From: a virus
Virus genome (UHGV): UHGV-1377764
Strand: one strand, 5' to 3'
DNA length: 43,062 bases
Below, piece by piece: positions 25,370 to 33,727 of the stretch (its first letter is position 1; each line of letters opens with the position of its first letter). Below the pieces are notes generated by a model. The model worked only from the letters and a program-made list of their open reading frames with translations, was not told the origin of the DNA and did not search any database. The position numbers and the translations under genes are program-made.

Positions 25370-27460
25370 ATGGAGTATGCATTTTTAAAAAACTTTAGCT
25401 TTGATGGTAAAGAAACATCTCATTTATTTCAGATAGCTAAGGTTACAATACCATTTCTATCAAAACAAAATGAACTCTTACAAGTAGGCAATAGTAATGG
25501 TTCAACATTTTTAAACACACGTAGAACAACGAACACCATTCAAATTGATGGTTTCATGATTAAAGATAACTCAGGTATGAATATTTATGACACTAAAGAT
25601 GAATTAGTAAGAATACTAAACACTAATGAACCCAAGCAGTTAGTTTTTGATATGTTCCCAAACAGATATTTCAATGCGATTTTCAGTGGTACGCAAGAAT
25701 ATGATGCTACTGACTCTAAGTACACACCGTTAACTTTAACATTTGATGTTCCTGATGGGTTAGCACATAACATAAACCCATCATCATACACGAACGTTTA
25801 TACAACTAGTAAAAACTTGGTGTTGGATAGTGAATATAAGCATATTGGTAAGTATTTGAAACCATGGGTTTACTTAGTTGATGATAAATATAATGGTAGT
25901 AATATAGTATCAGCTGACTTCACGGATGGGCTACCACTAAATTTTGAACGACCAGATGACTGGGATACTGAGCGTTGGTATAATCTTAGTCCAATGAGTA
26001 TGCGTAGACTTCCAGATTTAACTAAAGGTACGTCTATATTCTACAGCATAAGTGCTAAGGTTAAATCGATAGATAATGATGATTCTGGAGAATATTCAGG
26101 TCAAGTTGTTCTTGAGGAATGGGATACTAAGAACTCAAGGTTGTTGTATAGACATCCACTATATATCAGCAAAGAAGTCACTTCTGATTTCACCAGAATA
26201 TCAAACATTGTTACTATTCAAGATGAAAGAACTAATGGATTATTACTAAACTATGGATTCTATGGAAAAAACATTATTGAATTTTCACAACCTATGGTTT
26301 CATTTAGTAATACGGAAGAAACTTATATTGCAAGTACTGCTGGGTACTCTGATATAATTGAAATAGAGAACAATGGAACTGCTGAAACATATCCTCAATT
26401 CACATTTACAATGAATGGAGAAAATGGATTAGTTGGTTTGCTACATGAAGATGGATCTATACTACAATTCGGAAATCCTGAAAACGTAGATGGTAAAGAT
26501 ACTACTAAATCACTTGAATTAGGTGTAAACCAATCGTTTTGGGGAAACACATTAAACCCAGAAATCGCAGTGAACAGTGGGTTTAAATCGGTTTGGAATC
26601 CAACACCACCAAATGAGGTAAGAGGTTCTTGGGATATGGCAACCAACGTGAATAGTGTAACGCCTCACTATGCAGGGGTTGGTGATATTGGCGTTTGGCA
26701 TGGGCCCACTATGATGATGGATATCAAGCCGCCATATAACAACGATAGAAACAACGAAGTAGAAGCACGGATGGCGTTTATGTTTGATAATGATGTTAAG
26801 TATAGACGTGGGCGCTATGAATTTAGTGTTTTTGATGAAAATGGAAATCCAATCATGACGACAATTCTTAGTGATGCAAATGCAGTTTCTAATACTATTC
26901 AATTTGAATTATGGTATAAAGGTAGTAAGCTTGGAGAAGTTAGTCTTAATAAATCACGATTTAGTGGTAGAGAATATGAAATTGTAATGCTGCGTAGAGG
27001 GAATAAACTACAATGGAATTTTATTAAAGTGCACACCACCAATCGTGCTAAATATGAAGGCACAACATATGCACAAGTTATTGCAGACACTGTAGAGTCA
27101 TTTAATTGGACACTTGAAGAGAAGGATTCAACGAAGTGGATGCGTGTAGGAGTGTGGGCGCAACGATATTCAAATCAACCTGTAGCAATTCAAGTAATCA
27201 GACACATACAAGTCAGATGGTTGAATACATCATATTATCAAGACATTAGAAACTACTTTCAAGATGGAGATATTGTAGAAATAGATGTGGCAAGTAGAAG
27301 TTTATTTGTAAATGGCGTTATCAATAATGAATTAAATGTAGTAGGTAATCAGTGGGAAAGTTTCATCTTACCTGTTGGTAAAACAGTTATACAACCTGTA
27401 CTATCAACATGGGCTAATAATCCTGACGTGGTTTGTGGTGTTCGTGATTCATGGAATTAA
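25370..27460 (+). CDS. distal tail protein (Dit), extended form
   Basis: 696 aa directly after tape measure; Sipho_tail-like N-terminus; large C-terminal extension. Confidence 0.65.
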   Translation: MEYAFLKNFSFDGKETSHLFQIAKVTIPFLSKQNELLQVGNSNGSTFLNTRRTTNTIQIDGFMIKDNSGMNIYDTKDELVRILNTNEPKQLVFDMFPNRYFNAIFSGTQEYDATDSKYTPLTLTFDVPDGLAHNINPSSYTNVYTTSKNLVLDSEYKHIGKYLKPWVYLVDDKYNGSNIVSADFTDGLPLNFERPDDWDTERWYNLSPMSMRRLPDLTKGTSIFYSISAKVKSIDNDDSGEYSGQVVLEEWDTKNSRLLYRHPLYISKEVTSDFTRISNIVTIQDERTNGLLLNYGFYGKNIIEFSQPMVSFSNTEETYIASTAGYSDIIEIENNGTAETYPQFTFTMNGENGLVGLLHEDGSILQFGNPENVDGKDTTKSLELGVNQSFWGNTLNPEIAVNSGFKSVWNPTPPNEVRGSWDMATNVNSVTPHYAGVGDIGVWHGPTMMMDIKPPYNNDRNNEVEARMAFMFDNDVKYRRGRYEFSVFDENGNPIMTTILSDANAVSNTIQFELWYKGSKLGEVSLNKSRFSGREYEIVMLRRGNKLQWNFIKVHTTNRAKYEGTTYAQVIADTVESFNWTLEEKDSTKWMRVGVWAQRYSNQPVAIQVIRHIQVRWLNTSYYQDIRNYFQDGDIVEIDVASRSLFVNGVINNELNVVGNQWESFILPVGKTVIQPVLSTWANNPDVVCGVRDSWN

Positions 27461-27463
27461 AAG

Positions 27464-27494
27464 AATATTAGGGGGTTGTACACCCCCTAATATT
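27464..27494 (+). repeat. perfect 12-bp-arm palindrome AATATTAGGGGG-TTGTACA-CCCCCTAATATT followed by extended -10 TGTTATAAT
   Basis: Read directly; no T-tract, so a stabilising stem-loop or protein site rather than a strong terminator. Confidence 0.6.
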
Positions 27495-27526
27495 GTGTTA
27501 TAATAGTAACTAGGAGGTGTATACTA

Positions 27527-28933
27527 TTGACTGAATTTTATGTAACAGACCGTAATTTTAATCTACAGACTATCATATCAACAAATGGAAATACACGTTA
27601 TCATCTTAGCAAAGCACATGAAACAACAACTCTAAGCACAAGCTCAAAAACCTTACAATTAGATGTGCGTTTTTCAAAAAATGATTCTTTGGAATTAAGC
27701 AAACAGTGTGCTGTTGGTAACTATATTTTATATAAAGATTCTAAAAATAAAACAAGTGTCATGGTTATTATGAAAGCTAGTCATAACCCAGTAACTGGTA
27801 TCCGTAGTATGGAACTAGAGAGTGGATCACTTGACTTGCTAAATGAAACGACTGGCCCATATGATCCAAAAACTCAAAGAACAATTGCTGAGTATATAAA
27901 CTACTTCATCTATGATAGTGGATTTGAAATTGGTATAAATGAAATACCTAATAGTAAACGTGCGTTAAGTTGGGATGGTAACGCAACAACACTAGAAAGG
28001 GTGCTGTCAGTAGCTACTCAATTTGAAGTTGAGTTGGAGTTCAGATTTGAATTAACTGGTAATAATGTAACACGTTGGTTTATTGATATACGAAAAAAAG
28101 TGGGTGATGATACCTCTCATAAATTATATGTAGACAAAGATATCCATTCTATTACAACGGAAACAGATTTATATCAGATGTACAATGCAAGTAAAGCAGA
28201 AGGCAGTGTTATTGAGGGACATGATAAACCACTAACGTTAAAAGGCTATAAATGGACAGATCCTGATGGAAGATTTTACTTAGATGAAACCACAGGTATT
28301 ATACATGACAAAGCCAATATAACACACTGGCGTAGACCAAACTCAAACAATGGGTATTATCTTCAACTAAAAACATACACTGCTAATACACAAAAAACAT
28401 TATTAGACTCAGCTATTGCAGATCTTAAAAAATATTCTACACCTATCGTTAATTACATTGTAGATGTTGCCAATGTTCCTTTTTCTTTAAATGTTGGAGA
28501 TACATTATATATTGTAGATGAAAACGAAAAACTATTTTTAAATAGTAGAGTACAAATCATTGAATATGATTTTTTAACAAAAGAAACAGTTTTGACATTA
28601 GGAGATTTTGTTCAAGTACCAAGTGGACTTAGTGACATTATGCGTGACTGGGCAAATGAGTTTAATAATAAAATAAAAGAAAATGTACCTTATACTGTAA
28701 ATATCACACAATCAGAACCATTTTTCGTTAATGGAGAGGGTACAATAACGTTAACCGCTACTATTTTGCAAGGTAATTTGGATGTAACGTCATCGTTTCA
28801 TGATTTTAAATGGATACGATATAAATTAGATGGTACGCTAGACAGTGATTTCACTGAATCAGGAATATCTATAACTGTAACTGCTGGCTCTGAATTGCGT
28901 TATACGTATGAAGTTTCAGCTAATAATGATTAG
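27527..28933 (+). CDS. tail-associated lysin / baseplate hub (Tal)
   Basis: 468 aa, TTG start after AGGAGGTG, position after Dit. Confidence 0.6.
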   Translation: MTEFYVTDRNFNLQTIISTNGNTRYHLSKAHETTTLSTSSKTLQLDVRFSKNDSLELSKQCAVGNYILYKDSKNKTSVMVIMKASHNPVTGIRSMELESGSLDLLNETTGPYDPKTQRTIAEYINYFIYDSGFEIGINEIPNSKRALSWDGNATTLERVLSVATQFEVELEFRFELTGNNVTRWFIDIRKKVGDDTSHKLYVDKDIHSITTETDLYQMYNASKAEGSVIEGHDKPLTLKGYKWTDPDGRFYLDETTGIIHDKANITHWRRPNSNNGYYLQLKTYTANTQKTLLDSAIADLKKYSTPIVNYIVDVANVPFSLNVGDTLYIVDENEKLFLNSRVQIIEYDFLTKETVLTLGDFVQVPSGLSDIMRDWANEFNNKIKENVPYTVNITQSEPFFVNGEGTITLTATILQGNLDVTSSFHDFKWIRYKLDGTLDSDFTESGISITVTAGSELRYTYEVSANND

Positions 28934-28943
28934 GAGGTACACA

Positions 28944-29888
28944 ATGGCAATTGTTAATGGAAAAACAGTATTAAACAATATGATAATTGAAACATCTACA
29001 GGAACAGTTTTTATGCAGGAGGAGGAACCGCCAACATTTAAAGATGGTGACGTATGGTTCAAGTTAGTTAATGGTAAAGCTACAAATGCGTATAGTGCTG
29101 AAAATGGACAATGGGTGGAAGTCGCATTTGATAGTAACATTATTGCAGAAAATATCGTTGGTAAAATCATCACAGGTGGGGAAATCAACGGAACAACTAT
29201 CAATGGTTCTGAATTTACTAACGCCTTTAACAATGTTGTTGCAGGAATTAATGTTGTGAGTGATGGTAAAACATCTATTTCAAAAGGTGCGTTATCTGAA
29301 ATAGCCTCTTATTATCTGGTAAACACAGAAGGCGAACGCTTATATTTATTCGCAGACAATGAAGCATACTTGACTAGAGGGTCTCTGGAAGTTAGACAAA
29401 AACTATACAATGAAGCAGGTACTATAACGAGTGAGAGTAGCGCAAAACTTTCTGGTGGATTACTACAATTGAACTTAAGTGATAGCACTGGTACGTATAA
29501 TGGCGTTTTAGATGCTAAGTTATTAGAGTCAATGAGTGGTATTAAGCAACGGATTGTAACACTTCCAAATACAACAAACTACGCTAACGGTCGTATTGAG
29601 TATAGACGTTTTGGACAAATAGTGACAGCTGCTATTAAGTTTGACAGATTAACCGCAAACGGATGGGTCACATTATCAAACATTCCTAACGGGTATAGAC
29701 CATATAGTTATATTGATTCCTCAACCTATCTAGCTTCAACGGGTAATCGTGGTTCATTTGTTTCGTTATATACTGATCCTTCGTTCAACTTTATTTATAT
29801 TCCATCAGTACCTGGAGGGTCAACAAGTACTGAGAGCTATCAAGGATCAGTAACTTATTTTACTAATCAAGCTTGGGCTTTAGCATAA
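28944..29888 (+). CDS. putative tail fibre / receptor-binding protein
   Basis: ORF 28908..29888 trimmed to MAIVNGKTV after TAGGAGGT; Gly/Asn/Thr-rich. Confidence 0.45.
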   Translation: MAIVNGKTVLNNMIIETSTGTVFMQEEEPPTFKDGDVWFKLVNGKATNAYSAENGQWVEVAFDSNIIAENIVGKIITGGEINGTTINGSEFTNAFNNVVAGINVVSDGKTSISKGALSEIASYYLVNTEGERLYLFADNEAYLTRGSLEVRQKLYNEAGTITSESSAKLSGGLLQLNLSDSTGTYNGVLDAKLLESMSGIKQRIVTLPNTTNYANGRIEYRRFGQIVTAAIKFDRLTANGWVTLSNIPNGYRPYSYIDSSTYLASTGNRGSFVSLYTDPSFNFIYIPSVPGGSTSTESYQGSVTYFTNQAWALA

Positions 29889-29906
29889 TAAAAAGGAGAG
29901 ATATTA

Positions 29907-30152
29907 ATGATTGAAATTTATGAAACTTTAGACAATATGAATGAAGAAGGTAAATATTATAATGTTTATATTGTACCAGAAAGCTTGCCAGTTAGTTCTC
30001 CATTCACAAGATTAAAGCCAGCCTCTTCACTAATTAATCCAAGATTTGATTGGTTAAAAGGAGAATGGGTTAGTGACGAAGTTAGCGTTCTTAATAAGCG
30101 TATTACAGACTTAGAAAAAAGAATTAACGAACTAGAAGAACTCTCTAAATGA
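29907..30152 (+). CDS. small tail-fibre-associated protein with C-terminal coiled coil
   Basis: 81 aa, RBS AAAGGAGAG. Confidence 0.4.
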   Translation: MIEIYETLDNMNEEGKYYNVYIVPESLPVSSPFTRLKPASSLINPRFDWLKGEWVSDEVSVLNKRITDLEKRINELEELSK

Positions 30153-30197
30153 GAGTTCTTTATTTGCTTTTAAACGCATAACTACCCAACTATCAAA

Positions 30198-30231
30198 ATT
30201 TAAAGTGCTTAGAATGCTCGTGAGAGACACA
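30198..30231. repeat. 34-bp direct repeat copy A (atttaaagtgcttagaatgctcgtgagagacaca) upstream of lysis cassette
   Basis: Identical except 1 nt to 31987-32020. Confidence 0.8.
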
Positions 30232-30307
30232 CTATTTCGCTTATATAGATGTTATAATGATTACAGACCTAGGAAACGAGGTGATAAATGAATAGGAGTG
30301 TTTTGCT

Positions 30308-30586
30308 ATGAACTTAAACGATAAGGAGTTTGTTTCATTAAAGGAACAGTTAGCAAGAATTGAGGTTAAACTTGATGATATACCTGAGATTAAAGCTGAC
30401 TTAAAAGAGTATGGAAGCCGCTTAGAACGTCAATCTGAAAAAGCAGATAAGGCATACAGCATGTCCATGCAGAATAGAGAAGCATTAGCTGATCTTAAAA
30501 ACAGCTACACATGGTTAACACGCACAACTGTTGGCGCAGTTATTGGAGCATTAATTAGTATTGGTTTATCCTTATTTATGAAATAG
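30308..30586 (+). CDS. XhlA-like holin-associated membrane protein
   Basis: 92 aa, N-terminal coiled coil, C-terminal TM helix VGAVIGALISIGLSLF; precedes holin and amidase as in xhlA-xhlB-xlyA. Confidence 0.55.
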   Translation: MNLNDKEFVSLKEQLARIEVKLDDIPEIKADLKEYGSRLERQSEKADKAYSMSMQNREALADLKNSYTWLTRTTVGAVIGALISIGLSLFMK

Positions 30587-30598
30587 GAGTGATGTAGA

Positions 30599-30880
30599 AT
30601 GAAAAAAATAAACTGGAAAGTTCGTTTTAGCAAAGACAACCTAACATTTATCTTGCGTTTTATTGGCGCATTAGCAGTACCTATCCTAGCATACTTTGGT
30701 TTGAAGTTTGAGGATATAACATCCTTTGACACATTATTGGATGTATTAGTCAGAGCAGTAAGTAACCCTTACGTATTAGGTTTAACTGTAATTAATGCAT
30801 TAAATATGATTCCAGACCCAACAACTAAAGGTATTACAGATAGTGAAAAAGCATTAAACTATACAGAACCAAAGAAATAA
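30599..30880 (+). CDS. holin (SPP1/phi-LC3 Phage_holin_1-like)
   Basis: 93 aa, MKKINWKVRF N-terminus and two hydrophobic segments. Confidence 0.6.
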   Translation: MKKINWKVRFSKDNLTFILRFIGALAVPILAYFGLKFEDITSFDTLLDVLVRAVSNPYVLGLTVINALNMIPDPTTKGITDSEKALNYTEPKK

Positions 30881-30896
30881 GAAAGAGAGTGATATT

Positions 30897-31922
30897 ATGG
30901 TGGAGATTATCAACAAAACAGTCACACGTGGTGTGGCTGGACGTAGACCAGGTTCAGTAAAAGGTGTAGTATTCCATAATACATGGGGTAACTCAACAGC
31001 TAAACAAGAGGCTAATCGTTTAGCAGCAATGAACAACAATCAGTTAGCTGCTGGATTTGCGCATTACTATATTGACAAGAATACAATCTGGCGTACAGAA
31101 GACACCTATAATGCCGCTTGGCATACCGCAAACAGTGACGGAAATACAAACTATATTGGCTATGAAGTGTGTGGTAACGATCAAACACCACTAAAAGACT
31201 TCTTGCAAGCTGAAGAAAATACATTCTGGCAAATTGCACAAGATTTGAAATACTATGGATTACCTGTAAATCGCAACACTGTGCGCTTACATCATGAGTT
31301 TTCAGCCACGCAATGCCCTAAACGTTCATTAATCATTCACACTGGTTTCAACTCAACACAGGCACAGCCAGCTAATGTAACTAATGCAATGAAGGACTAT
31401 GTGATTAAAAACGTTCTTAAGTATTACAATAACACTAGTTTAAAACCAGATGGTAAAGCACCATCCACTGGTGGACAAACACCTCCAAGTGGTGCTAACG
31501 TAACACCTTCAACACCTAGCCAACATGATAAAGCCGTTGCTAATACAAAACCTAAACATCAAGGTAATGCATGGGGTAAACTTGACTACTTCAATGGTCA
31601 TGGTAAAGATCAGATTCGTGTAGCTGGTTGGTTAGTTCCTGATAAGCCACAAGGTCCTATTGGAGGATATGCATATGTTATCTTCATGCAACATGGAACA
31701 AACAAAGAGTTAACACGTGTTCAATCAGCTGGTATTAAACGCCCAGACGTGAAGAAAGCATATGGCTATCAAGGTGGACAAGAGCTTGGTTTTGATGTAA
31801 CTGTTAAGAAAGCTCAGTTCAAAGGTAAAAAAGTAGATGTTATCTTGCGTAGAGCTAATAAAGCTAACGGCGAAGGTGCAGTAAATGATGTGCGAATTGA
31901 TAGTATCTATTTAAGTCTATAA
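30897..31922 (+). CDS. endolysin: N-acetylmuramoyl-L-alanine amidase (Amidase_2/PGRP-like) with C-terminal cell-wall-binding domain
   Basis: 341 aa; N-terminal amidase_2-like region, Pro/Thr/Ser linker, C-terminal binding domain. Confidence 0.7.
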   Translation: MVEIINKTVTRGVAGRRPGSVKGVVFHNTWGNSTAKQEANRLAAMNNNQLAAGFAHYYIDKNTIWRTEDTYNAAWHTANSDGNTNYIGYEVCGNDQTPLKDFLQAEENTFWQIAQDLKYYGLPVNRNTVRLHHEFSATQCPKRSLIIHTGFNSTQAQPANVTNAMKDYVIKNVLKYYNNTSLKPDGKAPSTGGQTPPSGANVTPSTPSQHDKAVANTKPKHQGNAWGKLDYFNGHGKDQIRVAGWLVPDKPQGPIGGYAYVIFMQHGTNKELTRVQSAGIKRPDVKKAYGYQGGQELGFDVTVKKAQFKGKKVDVILRRANKANGEGAVNDVRIDSIYLSL

Positions 31923-31924
31923 TA

Positions 31925-31956
31925 AAAAACCACTGGTTAGACCAGTGGTTTTTTGC
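31925..31956. terminator. bidirectional rho-independent terminator (13-bp stem AAAAACCACTGGT / ACCAGTGGTTTTT, 3-nt loop) where the two gene blocks converge
   Basis: Read directly; A-run on one side and T-run on the other. Confidence 0.85.
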
Positions 31957-31986
31957 TTTTAAATGGGTAATCACCTTGTTTGATTT

Positions 31987-32020
31987 ATTTAAAGTACTTA
32001 GAATGCTCGTGAGAGACACA
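31987..32020. repeat. 34-bp direct repeat copy B overlapping the last 7 codons of the deoxynucleoside kinase gene
   Basis: atttaaagtacttagaatgctcgtgagagacaca. Confidence 0.8.
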
Positions 32021-32693
32021 GCTTTTTAGAAAAATAGGTCTGTTCTTCACCGCTAATGGCTCCCACATGAAATAAATCATTCAGTATCATCATTAGTACT
32101 TTCATACGATGTTCTTGATTATTAACATAGTCAAGAGATGTCACATCTATGATTAATTTAGGGAAGCCTAAATCTTTATTCATCCAGTCTTGATAATTAG
32201 CATGATGGTTCCTAAAGTATTCATATAATTCAGTGCCTTCTTCAACCTTCTCAAATTCTCTTGCTCGTTTATTAATGCGCTTGATTTCTTCTTCAAAACT
32301 ACAATTTAAAACAATCATCAAATCTGGTGATTTCTTAGGTAAAGGTTCTAATTCTTTTAACATGCGATTTAATAATTTTGTATACACATCTAACTCTAAT
32401 TTATCTACAGCACCTTCATCATATAACTGCTTCAAAAATATTGAATCTTCATAAATTGAGCGATCAAGGATTCCATTTTTAACACTCATAGCCTCCTGAA
32501 TAAGTTCAAAACGTTTTGATAACATGTCAATCTGAAATAGAAAGCCATATTTTTTCTTGTCTGCGTAGAACTTTTCCAGTAGGGGGTTATCCTCCACTGG
32601 CTCATAAACAGCCTTGGTTTCTAATAATTCGCTTAATAATTTTGTCATTGAGGATTCACCTACCCCAATAACTCCTGCTAATGTGATCAACAC
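31998..32693 (-). CDS. deoxynucleoside kinase (dNK family)
   Basis: ORF as given (start may be TTG/GTG at 32693/32696 after AGGAGGAAG); DRS motif LDRSIYED and lid RINKRAR; P-loop reads GVIGVGESSMT (Glu where Lys expected). Confidence 0.65.
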   Translation of the reverse strand: MLITLAGVIGVGESSMTKLLSELLETKAVYEPVEDNPLLEKFYADKKKYGFLFQIDMLSKRFELIQEAMSVKNGILDRSIYEDSIFLKQLYDEGAVDKLELDVYTKLLNRMLKELEPLPKKSPDLMIVLNCSFEEEIKRINKRAREFEKVEEGTELYEYFRNHHANYQDWMNKDLGFPKLIIDVTSLDYVNNQEHRMKVLMMILNDLFHVGAISGEEQTYFSKKLCLSRAF

Positions 32694-32705
32694 TAATCTT
32701 CCTCC

Positions 32706-32927
32706 CTATTTAAATTCTTCCCATTTGTTTGGTGCAAATCCCATACTTACAAGCTCACCATCTTTAAACACTACAGGTAGTGTTCTTAGGTTCATAGTAA
32801 GTAATTCATTTAAACCTTCTAGATTATCATCCACATTAACCTCAGTAAAGGTGTGTCCTTTTCCTTTAAACCAGTTCTTTGTCATTTTACAAGGCATGCA
32901 ATTATTTTTAGTATAAATTTTAATCAT
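32706..32927 (-). CDS. nrdH: NrdH-like glutaredoxin
   Basis: ORF trimmed to MIKIYTKNNCMPCK (CxxC) with RBS AAAGGAGGAAATTAAA; start overlaps stop of upstream MTase C-terminal frame. Confidence 0.65.
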   Translation of the reverse strand: MIKIYTKNNCMPCKMTKNWFKGKGHTFTEVNVDDNLEGLNELLTMNLRTLPVVFKDGELVSMGFAPNKWEEFK

Positions 32928-32928
32928 T

Positions 32929-33661
32929 TTAATTTCCTCCTTTAACTTTAAATAATTTTTCAACTCGTTGTTTATTTTTTATATCTCCTTGATTTGTAAT
33001 AGATACCTTTGTGTCTTTACTCCATATACATTCAAATTTATCTTCTGGCATTTGGTATTCACTAATTAATACTGTATTGTTTTTAGCTAATTCAATAGCC
33101 CACTTATCAAAGTCCGCATATGGAAAGTTTCCAGTTGAATAAGATAATGTTTTTCTATATGGTGGGTCTAGATAAAAGACACAGTTTTTATAATCAGTTG
33201 GGTTATAATCAGTAAATGATTTACATTCAAATGTAACATCTTTAAACAGTGTTGATTGTTTTTTTTAAATTTTTGATAGCACCAGCTGACCACTCACCGC
33301 TATCGTCTCCTTTTTTGTTTCTAGCGTATCCACCAAAATACTTAGCTCCAAACGAACCACAAAATCCCACTAAACCAACATACCAGGGTTCGTAGCTATC
33401 TCTATTTGCTTTTACACGATTGTATTCTTCTTCTGAAATTCTTGAAGGTATTAAAGATGAATCATCTCTAGTATAGTTTAATAATGCAATTAATTCTTTG
33501 TGTACATCACTACCTATTTTATTATGATGGTTTATTTTATCAATCATATTAGCTCCACCTACAAATGGTTCAATATATGCTACTGTCTCATCTGTAATGT
33601 AACTTTGAATGATTGGTGCTAATTCTTTACTAAGTCTGTTTTTACTTCCTACGTATCTCAT
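32929..33661 (-). pseudogene. Dam-like N6-adenine DNA methyltransferase, copy 2, split by +1 frameshift at A8 tract
   Basis: N-terminal ORF 33242..33661 (MRYVGSKNRL..EPFVGGANM motif I) stops just after A8 (plus T8 33259-33266); C-terminal 93 codons incl. FYLDPPY motif IV intact in +1 frame to 32929; ~90-95% nt identity to 36045..36773 at both ends. Confidence 0.7.
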
Positions 33662-33694
33662 GTTCTTTACTTCCTCCTCTTAACTTATGAATTA

Positions 33695-33723
33695 AGTATA
33701 ACACCTCAGTTAAGAGGTGTCAA
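33695..33723 (-). promoter_or_regulatory. early promoter TTGACA-N17-TATACT with spacer palindrome ACACCTC-TTAAC-TGAGGTGT, conserved leader
   Basis: Read directly. Confidence 0.55.
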
Positions 33724-33727
33724 GTGT

